A stretch of 64,000 nucleotides of DNA. Origin: Patescibacteria group bacterium (GTDB lineage: Bacteria > Patescibacteriota > Microgenomatia > 2-02-FULL-39-11). The DNA lies in the NCBI GenBank assembly GCA_023379265.1, contig JAMCUI010000011.1, positions 4,030 through 68,029 on the forward strand. Reading direction: 5' to 3'. Numbering within the stretch: position 1 is the stretch's first letter; each line of letters starts with the position of its first letter. Below are positions 9,550-19,253 of the stretch, piece by piece. The notes below the pieces were generated by a model. It saw only the letters and a list, made by a program, of their open reading frames with translations. It searched no databases and was not told the DNA's origin. Position numbers and translations under genes: made by a program.

Positions 9550-10880
9550 AGTATTTTTCTCCCCGTCAATATCTTCCTTACCTCTAACATAGCTGAGTAA
9601 GTCGCAAAAACGTATAAAACATCAGATTTAGCCGTGCGCGCCGTACTAGAATTTATCGCTCTCTCCAGGTTTTCTTCGATTTGACATTTAATATTTGCAG
9701 TTTGCACTTTTTCAGAAGTGTATTTTATCCTCAATCCCACATCATACGCCCTGTCACCACTTACGGTAATTTGCACTTTCCCGGGAATCATCTCAAAATC
9801 CACATCCCAGATCCAGGAGACATCGCGTCCGTCCGGTATCCGGTCATTTAAGACCAAAAGAATATTATGAAGTCGTAAGTCAATTACAGTCCGCAACGCT
9901 GCGTTAAATCCTGCGGGATTTTTAGCAAGAAATATCTTTATCTTCTTCCCCTTATACTCAATTTCCTCCTGACGCCCGAATGCCGGCATAAAATCAGAAA
10001 CTGCAACACTTTTCAGAATATCTGTTCCCACTCCCGCCTCTATCGCTGCCCAATATGCGGCCTGACTATTGTATAGATTGTAAATGCCGGCAAGAGGAAA
10101 AGTTAAAACATCACTCTTTACAGCTGGGCGGTGTAATCCGCAATTTTTACAACTCCATTTCCCCAGATGGGAAAAATATACTCCTTCATAGTCAAGTTTT
10201 TGCCCGCATGAGGGGCAATAGATTGAATCAGTCGCGTGTTCATAAGTTTTGAGATAGACTTCCGGTTTATCTAATCCGAAATAAATTGATCTAGCTTTGG
10301 TTTTTCCTCCTATATATGCTACCAAAGGGTCGTCAGCATTCAGTATTAAGGTGGTATTTTCTTTTTTGGACTGATGGGCCAGCACATTTTGCCATTTGCG
10401 TGCAATTAGGTCTACTTCTCCATACCTGTCTAACTGATCTCTAAAAAGATTCAAAAGTACTACAATGATTTTTTTCTTTGCATCAAGGCATCGGTTTATT
10501 TTGGGCAAAACAACAGGCAAAACATTCTCATCTACCTCAAGCACTGCCCATTTTGCGTAAATCCTGCCTTTTGCCGACGACTGCGATATAAATGCGGATA
10601 CGAGGCCGTTTTCAATATTAGCGCCGGACTGATTATGCACCACTTTTACATCTTTACCACTTTTTTCAAGGAATTTACGGATCATAAGGGAAGTAGTAGT
10701 CTTACCGTTTGTGCCTGCAACGATAATTACTCCCTTCTCAACCTGAGAAACAAAATGTTCCAATATTCTATCATTGAAAGTTAAGGCAATCTCTCCCGGC
10801 CATGTACCGCCATTACCAAGATTTAAACTTTTTGAAATGAAGCGGATAATCTTACCTATGAGTATAAGAGGAATAATCAT
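9546..10880 (-). CDS. murT: Mur-ligase-family lipid II isoglutaminyl synthase
   Basis: It has a Mur-ligase P-loop GTNGKTTTS and a Cys4 ribbon (CPSCGQK...CKNCG), with a C-terminal DUF1727-like region. Confidence 0.7.
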   Translation of the reverse strand: MIIPLILIGKIIRFISKSLNLGNGGTWPGEIALTFNDRILEHFVSQVEKGVIIVAGTNGKTTTSLMIRKFLEKSGKDVKVVHNQSGANIENGLVSAFISQSSAKGRIYAKWAVLEVDENVLPVVLPKINRCLDAKKKIIVVLLNLFRDQLDRYGEVDLIARKWQNVLAHQSKKENTTLILNADDPLVAYIGGKTKARSIYFGLDKPEVYLKTYEHATDSIYCPSCGQKLDYEGVYFSHLGKWSCKNCGLHRPAVKSDVLTFPLAGIYNLYNSQAAYWAAIEAGVGTDILKSVAVSDFMPAFGRQEEIEYKGKKIKIFLAKNPAGFNAALRTVIDLRLHNILLVLNDRIPDGRDVSWIWDVDFEMIPGKVQITVSGDRAYDVGLRIKYTSEKVQTANIKCQIEENLERAINSSTARTAKSDVLYVFATYSAMLEVRKILTGRKIL

Positions 10881-10891
10881 TTTCCCAAAAT

Positions 10892-13033
10892 TCAGTTTGG
10901 CAGGATAAAAACAACTTTATCATTCTTTATATCCGCTTGCACTTTATCTCCCTGTTTTACCTTTTCCTCCATAATAAAAAGTGATAGCTCATCCAATATC
11001 TTATCCTGTATCACCCTCTTGAGAGGTCTTGCACCAAAGGAAGGGTCGTATCCAGCCTGTGCGATATATTTCTTCAACTTATCCGTAAATTGTATCTGTA
11101 TATTTTGCCTTGACAATCTTTCTCTTACCATTTCCAATTGCTTATCCGCAATCCGGCCAATAAGGTCGCGCGTCAGTGAACTGAAAAATACTATCTGGTC
11201 CAACCGGTTAAGAAATTCCGGCTTGAAGCTTTGCCGCAGGAGCTGCATAATTTTTACCCTTACAACCTCGTCTATCTTTCCTTTTTCCATAACCAGGTCA
11301 CTGCCCAAATTCGAAGTCAAAATTATGACAGTATTGGTAAAATTTACCATCCTGCCGCGACCGTCCGTAAGTCTGCCGTCATCAAAAATCTGCAAAAAGA
11401 TGTTAAATATCTGGGGATGGGCCTTCTCTATTTCATCAAAAAGAATCACACTATACGGCCTTCTTCTTACCGCTTCAGTCAGCTGTCCTCCCTCCTCATA
11501 ACCTACATAACCAGGAGGTGCGCCAATCAGACGTGCTACTGTATGAGCCTCCTGGTATTCGGACATATCTATTCTTATCATCATCTTCTCGTCATTAAAA
11601 AGTGCCTGCGCCAGGGCCTTGGACAACTCTGTCTTACCCACACCCGTGGGACCAAGGAAGAGAAAAGTACCTATCGGTTTATTTTCCTCTCCGATACCGA
11701 CCCTATTGCGTCGTATGGCTTTTGCCACTTTCTCTACCGCTTCATCCTGACCTACAACTCTTTTCTTTAACTCATCATCAAGATGGAGAAGTCTTTCCGT
11801 TTCCGAACGCAACAGCCGGGTCACTGGAATACCTGTCCATTTGGAAATTACTGAGGCGATATCCTGGTCAGTCACTTCATCCCTTAAAAGCCTTTCATCC
11901 TGGGGAATTTTTTTCCATTGCCCTTCCAATTCCTTTAATTTTTTCTCTATCTCTGGCAGTTTGCCGTACTTTATCTCCGCAGCCTTATCAAGCATTACAT
12001 CTCTTTCCGCTTTTTCAAGTTCAAGCTTCAGCGAATCGTACTGCCGGCGAAGTGCATTAAGTTTCGTCAGTATGGATTTTTGCTCCTGCCATAATTGTGT
12101 CAGTTTTCCTTCTCTATCCTTTAACCCGTTTATTCTCTTTTCCAAATCGCTCCTGCGCTTTTGGGTCGTCTCACCCTTTTCCCTCCTGAGTCCAGTCAGC
12201 TCAATCTCAGCCTGGGTCTTTTGTCTTTTCACCTCATCAAGACCCGCGGGCATGCTTTCTATTTCTATCTTTATGGCTGAGGCTGCTTCATCCACCAGAT
12301 CTATGGCTTTATCAGGCAAAAAACGATCCGTAATGTATCTTTTGGAAAGGGTAACTGCGGCAATCAGGGCATCATCGGTAATTCTAATAGCATGATGCAA
12401 TTCATATTTTTCGCGCAGTCCCCGAAGTATTGAGATTGCATCCTCAACTGATGGTTCATCCACATATATAGGTTGAAACCGTCTTTCCAAAGCTTTATCC
12501 TTCTCGATATATTCCCTGTATTCGTTTACTGTAGTCGCACCTATAGCGTGAAGAGCTCCACGAGCCAGAGCCGGTTTTAATATATTAGCCGCGTCTACAG
12601 CTCCTCCTGCGGCTCCTGCCCCCACCAGCGTATGAAGTTCATCAATGAAAAGTATATATTTTCCGCCTCCCTTCTCCAATTCTGACATCAGTTTTTTCAA
12701 CCTGTTCTCGAATTCCCCCCTGTATGCTGCACCAGCCAAAAGTCCTGCCAAATCCAAAACCAGCACTTCCTTACCCCTCAGTGTTTCAGGTACATCTCCT
12801 GCCACAATTCTCTGTGCCAAACCCTCCACAATAGCAGTTTTCCCTACTCCTGGATCTCCCAAAAGCACAGGATTGTTTTTTGTCCTTCTTGCCAGAATTT
12901 GCATCAGGCGCCTGATCTCACTGTCCCGTCCCACAACAGGATCAAGTTTACCCTCATGCGCCCGCTTTGTCAGGTTGAGAGTATATTTTTCCAGAATGTT
13001 TCCTTCGTGAGGAGGCTCATAATGCATCTGCAT
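10892..13033 (-). CDS. clpB: ClpB-type AAA+ chaperone (two ATPase domains plus a long coiled-coil M-domain; no N-domain)
   Basis: It has GDPGVGKTA Walker A, a long coiled-coil insert (...ELTGLRREKGETTQKRRSDLEKRINGLKDREGKLTQLWQEQ...), and a second AAA domain GPTGVGKTELSKALA. Confidence 0.85.
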   Translation of the reverse strand: MQMHYEPPHEGNILEKYTLNLTKRAHEGKLDPVVGRDSEIRRLMQILARRTKNNPVLLGDPGVGKTAIVEGLAQRIVAGDVPETLRGKEVLVLDLAGLLAGAAYRGEFENRLKKLMSELEKGGGKYILFIDELHTLVGAGAAGGAVDAANILKPALARGALHAIGATTVNEYREYIEKDKALERRFQPIYVDEPSVEDAISILRGLREKYELHHAIRITDDALIAAVTLSKRYITDRFLPDKAIDLVDEAASAIKIEIESMPAGLDEVKRQKTQAEIELTGLRREKGETTQKRRSDLEKRINGLKDREGKLTQLWQEQKSILTKLNALRRQYDSLKLELEKAERDVMLDKAAEIKYGKLPEIEKKLKELEGQWKKIPQDERLLRDEVTDQDIASVISKWTGIPVTRLLRSETERLLHLDDELKKRVVGQDEAVEKVAKAIRRNRVGIGEENKPIGTFLFLGPTGVGKTELSKALAQALFNDEKMMIRIDMSEYQEAHTVARLIGAPPGYVGYEEGGQLTEAVRRRPYSVILFDEIEKAHPQIFNIFLQIFDDGRLTDGRGRMVNFTNTVIILTSNLGSDLVMEKGKIDEVVRVKIMQLLRQSFKPEFLNRLDQIVFFSSLTRDLIGRIADKQLEMVRERLSRQNIQIQFTDKLKKYIAQAGYDPSFGARPLKRVIQDKILDELSLFIMEEKVKQGDKVQADIKNDKVVFILPN

Positions 13034-13136
13034 ATTTTGGATCTTAATGCGCCTTCAACATCATTTACATCTCTTTAAGTATTCGTATTCTTTCTTCTAT
13101 TAGTAAATCCGAAGTTTGGTCAATTCAAAACATTAT

Positions 13137-14063
13137 CTACATGGCCCGTAGTATTTTTATTCTTTCTTCTATTGGCGGATGCGTATCAAAGAGCCCGGCA
13201 AACCAGGCTTTGGCGCTTTTACCCTTGAAAGGATTTTCAATATAAAGGTGTGCGGTAGCATTTGTCGCTCCCCGCATTACAGTCTTATCCTGGGCGATTT
13301 TTTCCAAAGCCGAAGCTAACTCTGCCGGATTTTTGGTAAGGAGTGCCCCTGAGGCATCCGCCAAAAATTCCCTTTTCCGTGATATTGCCAGCTGTATTAT
13401 AGTGGCAATTACCGGAGAAAGTATGGCTAAAACTATACCTAATACCATAATAATCGCACCAAAGCTACTCCTATCCTCCCTACTATCCCGATTTGCTCCT
13501 CCCCACCATAGCATCCTCATAAACCAATCAGACATAAAAGCTACAGTTCCTACCAAGACTGTCACAATAGCCATAAGGCGTGTGTCGTAATTGCCTACAT
13601 GCGACAATTCATGCGCAATCACTCCCTCCAGCTCATCCCTATCCATCTTCTCAAGAAGTCCCCTTGTCACACAGACTACTGCGTGCTGAGGGTCGCGGCC
13701 CGTGGCAAAAGCATTGGGAGCGGCATCCTCAATGATATAAACTTTTGGTTTGGGCAATCCTGCACCTATCGCCAGGTTTTCAGTCACAGTATATAGATCA
13801 AAATCCCTTCTCCTGTCTGCTGGCCGGGCGCCCGACATGGAAAGAACAATTTTGTCACTCCAATAATAGCTTCCCAGACTGGTCAGTCCGGCAAATATGA
13901 GCGCAATTCCCGCCCACGATATGCCATAGCCCGAAGCCTGTCCCAATATAAAGGCTATCATTGCGATAAATACGGTAAAAAAAGCCATTGTGAGAAGGCT
14001 TTTGGTTTTATTGCTTTCTATTTGAGAATATACAGATAAAGCCATTATTTTATTAATTGACAT
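13137..14063 (-). CDS. htpX: M48-family membrane protease HtpX
   Basis: It has the HExxH zinc motif in GVIAHELSHV, N-terminal TM helices and a length of about 300 aa. Confidence 0.85.
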   Translation of the reverse strand: MSINKIMALSVYSQIESNKTKSLLTMAFFTVFIAMIAFILGQASGYGISWAGIALIFAGLTSLGSYYWSDKIVLSMSGARPADRRRDFDLYTVTENLAIGAGLPKPKVYIIEDAAPNAFATGRDPQHAVVCVTRGLLEKMDRDELEGVIAHELSHVGNYDTRLMAIVTVLVGTVAFMSDWFMRMLWWGGANRDSREDRSSFGAIIMVLGIVLAILSPVIATIIQLAISRKREFLADASGALLTKNPAELASALEKIAQDKTVMRGATNATAHLYIENPFKGKSAKAWFAGLFDTHPPIEERIKILRAM

Positions 14064-14111
14064 CCCGTATCTGAAACTGACAGAACGGTTATAAATAAAT
14101 ATTTGATACTA

Positions 14112-14666
14112 TCAGTCAAACTTTACGTCAATCTTCTTTTTTTCTTCTTCAGAAGCGGCAAAGAATTCTTCATCAAGAAAACCCAGATGCTGAGCAATAA
14201 GTACGTTTGGGAAAATCTTTATTCTGGTATTGTAATCCATGACCGCTGTGTTATAAAACTGCCTGGAGTATGCCACTTTGTCTTCGGTGTCTTCAAGTTC
14301 TCTTTGCAACTGCCCAAAATTCTCGCTCGCACGCAATTGCGGATAAGCCTCAGCTACCGCGAAAAGAGACTTGAGTGTCGCACCCAGCTGGTTATTTGCT
14401 TCGGCTTTTGCCGCAGGAGTTTTGGCAGAAAGAAGGGCACTCCTCGCCTTAGTCACGTTTTCAAATACGCTCTTCTCATGCTTGGCATATCCTTTGACTG
14501 TTTCCACAAGGTTTGGAATAAGGTCTGATCGCCTTTTGAGCTGTACATCCACCTGACTCCAGGCTTCCTTCACCCGCATTTTGAGCGTCACAAGTCCGTT
14601 GTAAAGTGACCAGATATATAGGATTATCAACCCCAAAACTGCTATAAGCAGCAATGCAATATTCAT
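14112..14666 (-). CDS. lemA: LemA family protein
   Basis: An N-terminal TM segment is followed by a LemA-like region ([36 protein letters not shown]). The LemA-HtpX pairing is common. Confidence 0.75.
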   Translation of the reverse strand: MNIALLLIAVLGLIILYIWSLYNGLVTLKMRVKEAWSQVDVQLKRRSDLIPNLVETVKGYAKHEKSVFENVTKARSALLSAKTPAAKAEANNQLGATLKSLFAVAEAYPQLRASENFGQLQRELEDTEDKVAYSRQFYNTAVMDYNTRIKIFPNVLIAQHLGFLDEEFFAASEEEKKKIDVKFD

Positions 14667-14696
14667 AAATCACCACCCTCCTTTTAATTTTAATAA

Positions 14697-16508
14697 TCAG
14701 GGTTTTAGAAGCCAATCCTTGACTTTATTATAAGGTAAAGTGTTTAGTATGTCATCTTTTTTTGCCCAACCCCTTCGGGCAACAGAAACTCCATATTTCA
14801 TAAGCGACATATGTTCCTTGTCATGACTGTCTGTATCAATTACCAGTTTCACTCTGTTTTTTATAGCCTCCCGCACAAGAGAATCAGGCAAATCAAGCCT
14901 GTCGGGATATGAGTTTATTTCTATTGCTTTGTTATTCTCAAAGCAGAATTTAAAAATTTGCTGCCAATCCAAATCATAACCGGGACGTTTCCCCAAAAGT
15001 CTTCCGGTCGGATGTCCCAATATTTTTGCTTTCGGGTGAGAAAGAGCCGATAGTACACGCTTTGTCATCATTCCCGTACCAATTGTAAATCCGCTATGTA
15101 TAGATACGACAGCCGCGTCAATGTAGTTGAATGCTTCTTCCGGTAAAGCCAGTTTCCCATCAGGGAGTATATCAATCTCCATCATGATAAATAAATTTAC
15201 CCGTATACTTTTATTGCTCAACATTATGTGTTCAAATTCGTGTTTTCGTCGCTCCATTATGTGTACAACATCTTCTTTTGTGTGTTTGGATACACTAGGA
15301 TTATGATCGCTTATCCCTACATATTCATAATTCATGCTTTTGGCAGTAGTCAGTATTTCTTTTAGGGAAGATATCCCAAGGTCATGTGACGGTTCAAGAT
15401 CGTAATTAGAGTGGATGTGAAGTTCACCTTTTATATCCGAAAGTCCTATAATATCGGGCAGTTTATTGGTGCCAGCTGCCTCAATTTCTCCCGTATCCTC
15501 TCTCATTTCAGGGGGAATATACTGCATATCAAGCGCCCGGTACAAACTCTTTTCATCCGGAAATTCAAACATCTTTTCCTTTTTACTGTATGATGCTCCT
15601 GTAAGTTTATACATTTCCGCTTCCTTTGATAATGCCTTCATTCCGTATTCAGAAAGTGAAAGTCGCTTTTTGAGAGCCACCTCACGAAGATGTATGTTAT
15701 GGTTTTTGCTACCGGTAAAATATTGGAGCATCGCTCCGAACCTGCCCGGATACTGTACCCTCAGATCCACCTGTCTGCCGCTTTTAAGTAAAATAGTAGC
15801 TCCTGCAGTCCCCTTCTCCACCTGCTTTTCCTTTTGGGGATAGGCCAGAAACCAGTCCACTACTTCTTTTGGATTTCTTGTAGATACGGCTATATCTATA
15901 TCTCCAATTGTAGCTACCCTTCTTCTCAAACTCCCCAAAAACTCGGCTTGAAGTGTGTATTCACATTTGCTCAAGTAAGACAATATATCGTCGGCAATTG
16001 CTCCGGCATAAGGCAAAGGCATCCTATTTTCCTTTACCTGACCTTCTTTAAGCCTCTTTAAGGCGTCCAATATATCCTGCTGTGATTTATTACCAAAACC
16101 CTCAATTGAGGCGATTTTGCCGGATTTGGCGGCGGCAGACAAGTCTTTTATCGCATTTTTGGCATTGTCCAGTTTCAATTCCGACACCAGCCTGTACGCT
16201 TTTTTGGCGCCAAAGCCGGGAATATCCAGAAGTGGAAAGACTGCTTCAGGAATTTTAGATTTTATATCCTCAAAATGTTTAACCTTGCCCGTTTTGAGTA
16301 GCTCACCTAGGTGAGCGGCAAGCGAACCGCCAATACCGGGTACGGAAGTCAACTTCCCCTCTTTCCACAACTGCTCCGCTTCAACAGTACTTTTTTCTAT
16401 GGAATCAGCAGCCCTCCCGTAAGCTATTATCCTGAACCTGTCCTCAGACAATATCACATATGAAGCGGCAATCTCCCTGAGAAGCTTTGCAATCTCCCTG
16501 TTATTCAT
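14697..16508 (-). CDS. polX: Family X DNA polymerase with C-terminal PHP (3'-5' exonuclease/phosphoesterase) domain
   Basis: MNNREIAKLLREIA... is a Pol beta-like N-terminus. The C-terminal PHP motifs are HIHSNYD and GISDHNP. I trimmed the start to 16508; the ORF-track start at 16610 is likely an over-extension. Confidence 0.8.
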   Translation of the reverse strand: MNNREIAKLLREIAASYVILSEDRFRIIAYGRAADSIEKSTVEAEQLWKEGKLTSVPGIGGSLAAHLGELLKTGKVKHFEDIKSKIPEAVFPLLDIPGFGAKKAYRLVSELKLDNAKNAIKDLSAAAKSGKIASIEGFGNKSQQDILDALKRLKEGQVKENRMPLPYAGAIADDILSYLSKCEYTLQAEFLGSLRRRVATIGDIDIAVSTRNPKEVVDWFLAYPQKEKQVEKGTAGATILLKSGRQVDLRVQYPGRFGAMLQYFTGSKNHNIHLREVALKKRLSLSEYGMKALSKEAEMYKLTGASYSKKEKMFEFPDEKSLYRALDMQYIPPEMREDTGEIEAAGTNKLPDIIGLSDIKGELHIHSNYDLEPSHDLGISSLKEILTTAKSMNYEYVGISDHNPSVSKHTKEDVVHIMERRKHEFEHIMLSNKSIRVNLFIMMEIDILPDGKLALPEEAFNYIDAAVVSIHSGFTIGTGMMTKRVLSALSHPKAKILGHPTGRLLGKRPGYDLDWQQIFKFCFENNKAIEINSYPDRLDLPDSLVREAIKNRVKLVIDTDSHDKEHMSLMKYGVSVARRGWAKKDDILNTLPYNKVKDWLLKP

Positions 16509-16680
16509 AAATCGAGTGTAGCATAAAAAACAGCCGTCTCCCATCCCTTGACCCTCGTACCCGCTTCTGATATCATCCTGATAGTCCAAAATCTTAGGAT
16601 AATACATCAAGACGGAATTATTCTGAATAAAAGATAAAATTTATCTGGGTTTACCCAGTAAATTTGATCGCAAATTTACC

Positions 16681-16753
16681 GGGCTCGTGGTGTAGCGGTT
16701 AACATGTCGCCCTGTCGAGGCGAAGACCGCCGGTTCGAATCCGGTCGAGCCCG
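16681..16753 (+). tRNA. tRNA-Asp (anticodon GTC)
   Basis: The cloverleaf has acceptor GGGCTCG/CGAGCCC, anticodon loop CTGTCGA and T-loop TTCGAAT. Confidence 0.85.
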
Positions 16754-16778
16754 CCTTCGTCTCGCCGTAGCTCGACTT

Positions 16779-16795
16779 CGGCGAGGCAAGCCCGC
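16779..16795. repeat. 17-bp motif cggcgaggcaagcccgc; left inverted repeat bounding the LysM/acyltransferase cassette
   Basis: It is the reverse complement of the copies at 18784-18801 and 60829-60845. It sits 25 bp after tRNA-Asp, next to the hairpin ctcgccg-N11-cggcgag. Confidence 0.7.
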
Positions 16796-16892
16796 TAAAA
16801 GAGCGGAGGCGGAAATGTAATTTTTTATTCCGTCGTATTCTGCCCCGAAGAAAAATATCCATCTGCCCAGAAAGGGGGAACAAATATCATTT

Positions 16893-17453
16893 ATGTGGAA
16901 AAAATACCTAAAACAGTTGAGTATGCCGGAATCATACATATCAATCACTTTGGGATTTCTCGTAGTAGTTGTCGCCGGTCTTCTTTTTTACAACTACATA
17001 AACCGTACAAGAACCGGGACTTCCATGCAAAATAGCGGCAACACTACTACAGGACAACAGGCGGCAAAGGAGCAAAAGATGGATTTGCCCACAACCCATG
17101 CAGTGGCAGCAGGCGAGACACTCTGGTCCATAGCACAGAAATATTACAATTCCGGATACAATTGGGTGACCATAGCCCGCGCCAACAACCTGGCAAATCC
17201 GGACATGATAGAGGAAGGACAGAAACTTGATTTACCCAAAGCAGATACTATTACCCCTCCGGCAGCAGGGGAAGTATCATCGGCAGGTATCACTCCGGCT
17301 ACATCCTATACGGTAGTACACGGTGATGACCTGTGGAACATAGCGGTCAGGGAATATGGTGACGGTTTTGCCTGGACCAAAATTGCTAAAGCCAACAACC
17401 TGGTAAATCCCAATCTTATACATGCCGGAAATGTACTGAAATTGCCAAGATAA
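16893..17453 (+). CDS. Membrane-anchored protein with two LysM domains
   Basis: An N-terminal TM helix is followed by two LysM repeats (AVAAGETLWSIAQKYYNSGYNWVTIARANNLANPDMIEEGQKLDLP and YTVVHGDDLWNIAVREYGDGFAWTKIAKANNLVNPNLIHAGNVLKLP). Confidence 0.75.
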   Translation: MWKKYLKQLSMPESYISITLGFLVVVVAGLLFYNYINRTRTGTSMQNSGNTTTGQQAAKEQKMDLPTTHAVAAGETLWSIAQKYYNSGYNWVTIARANNLANPDMIEEGQKLDLPKADTITPPAAGEVSSAGITPATSYTVVHGDDLWNIAVREYGDGFAWTKIAKANNLVNPNLIHAGNVLKLPR

Positions 17454-17506
17454 TAAGGATTAATTTTAGTATTTCTTCTGAAGTTACAGATTTACACCTG
17501 TAAGAT

Positions 17507-18694
17507 TTAACGTGCAAAACGGTTTATGACGTATCCCCTCACTTTCGATACCGGCTTTTCTACTATGAAGTATGTTGCTACAGATACTAATACGGTGATC
17601 AAAAACGCAGGTATGGCCTTTTGGAGAAAAACTGCCCAAGAAGTCACATCGTAATTGGTAAAGCCGAATATATCTATCACGGCTTTATGCCAAATATAAA
17701 TTTCAAAAGATAAAATACCGACAATTTCAAAAAGTCTGACCGGTTTCCCCATTACACTCTTTACACTCAATTTTATCCTCTTTTTGTAAGCGCTATATTT
17801 TTCCAGTGTTTCAAAATAAACGATATACCAACCAGTCACTAGACACGCTAAAAATGGCAACGTATATGTAACTGCCTCACGGTAACTGGAAAACCGGGAG
17901 TATACAAAAATTGTATTGTAGTTGGCAAAAAAATATAAAAATAATAGAGATAAAATCGTCACTACCATTCCCAAAAGATTTCCGTGCAATCTATTCCAAA
18001 ATTTTGCGGATGCATTTTTTTTAACTCCCCTTACGATGAGATTTAAGAAAAAACCAAAAAGGAATATATCCAAATTCGCCACAAGTGGAGTATATACATG
18101 CACGCTATAACTCTCAGCATTCCACACAACACCATGAACTGTGATATAGGCGCGTATAGCAAAACCCAGTATTAAGATAGCTTCACCTGCCAAGATCGAA
18201 AGGGTAAGTCTCTTCTCAATAAAAGAAAAGAGAGCAAAAAAAATAGGTACCAAAAGAAAAAACTGCATCTCTGTGGAAACAGTCCAAATAGGGGAATTAA
18301 AGTTTGCTATGGGGTAAAAATCAGTCTGTCGAAACGTCAGAAGATTTATAAAAACCGGCAATCTGTCGCGAAGAAAAGCAGGATATATAAAAATGGCAAG
18401 GAATAAAATATTCAGATAGTAAGCCGGTGCTATCCGTAAAAACCGGCTGAGATAAAAACGCATTATACCCGCCTTTGTCAGTGCATAGCGGCCGATAAAA
18501 AATATTTTGCCCATGAGGTATCCCGAAAGGATAAAAAATACCCATACAGCGGCAAGCCCGGAGGGAAACGTAATCCAGCTGAAGTTAATCCCTTTTATGA
18601 CTAAGTAATATTTGGGCGGGCCTATATGCCAAAAGAAAACAGCAAGGCAGGCCAATCCGCGAAGAATAAGAAGAGGATCCGCTTTGTTCTGCAT
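17507..18694 (-). CDS. Acyltransferase family 3 integral membrane protein (OatA/WecH-like)
   Basis: It has ~10 TM helices and an N-terminal LRGLACLAVFFWH motif typical of acyl_transf_3. Confidence 0.65.
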   Translation of the reverse strand: MQNKADPLLILRGLACLAVFFWHIGPPKYYLVIKGINFSWITFPSGLAAVWVFFILSGYLMGKIFFIGRYALTKAGIMRFYLSRFLRIAPAYYLNILFLAIFIYPAFLRDRLPVFINLLTFRQTDFYPIANFNSPIWTVSTEMQFFLLVPIFFALFSFIEKRLTLSILAGEAILILGFAIRAYITVHGVVWNAESYSVHVYTPLVANLDIFLFGFFLNLIVRGVKKNASAKFWNRLHGNLLGMVVTILSLLFLYFFANYNTIFVYSRFSSYREAVTYTLPFLACLVTGWYIVYFETLEKYSAYKKRIKLSVKSVMGKPVRLFEIVGILSFEIYIWHKAVIDIFGFTNYDVTSWAVFLQKAIPAFLITVLVSVATYFIVEKPVSKVRGYVINRFAR

Positions 18695-18783
18695 AGGAAA
18701 ATCAAACTATTATACATTCTTATCATTTTCACTGATATAATGAAATACTCCTAGCAGGTTACAGATTTGATATAATAAAAGCA

Positions 18784-18801
18784 GAAAGTTTTTGGCGGGC
18801 T
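18784..18801. repeat. Right inverted repeat (ggcgggcttgcctcgccg) of the cassette, followed by a ~100 nt structured unassigned region
   Basis: It is the reverse complement of 16779-16795. A partial copy tttttagcgggcaag lies at 18893-18907. Confidence 0.7.
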
Positions 18802-19022
18802 TGCCTCGCCGTAGCTTTAGCGTAGGCGGGATTAGTACACCGGTAGTATGCGTCCTTCCTCCGACGAAAGCTTCGCATTCAGGTGGACACGCTTAAATAC
18901 GAAGTTTTTAGCGGGCAAGATATAAGCATGTTTTATTATACTTATGTAGAGAGAAACAGTTGAAAACTGGGTTCGGAAGAGGATATTATTAAACGAAGAT
19001 TAGACGGCTATTTAAAGTCGTT

Positions 19023-19094
19023 GCGGGCGTAGTTCAGCGGTAGAATGTCTCCTTCCCAAGGAGAAGGTCACCGGTTCAAATCCGGCCGCCCGCT
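19023..19094 (+). tRNA. tRNA-Gly (anticodon CCC)
   Basis: It has acceptor GCGGGCG/CGCCCGC, anticodon loop TTCCCAA and T-loop TTCAAAT. There is one A-C mismatch at the base of the T-stem. Confidence 0.8.
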
Positions 19095-19253
19095 CAAATC
19101 TCCGATTTCTTAGTTTCAGAATATTAGGTTATATTGAAATAATCCACGCTGAACAACATAATCTAAAAAGATCACGCAATCCAGCGTGGAAAATAATACC
19201 TAGAGACAAATCCGCTTGCGGGATAAAACAGATCCGTCTCTGACGAACCTAAC

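Noticed and set aside
11019-12395. Four long plus-strand ORFs (160-184 aa) inside clpB
   Set aside because: They are antisense to a strongly supported AAA+ gene. The long antisense frames are what an AT-rich, Lys/Glu-rich coding strand produces. Their products are Ser/Leu-rich with no motifs.
16641-16948. Minus-strand ORFs 16641-16883 and 16676-16948
   Set aside because: They overlap tRNA-Asp and the hairpin-rich spacer. The reading frames are Arg/Ser-rich nonsense.
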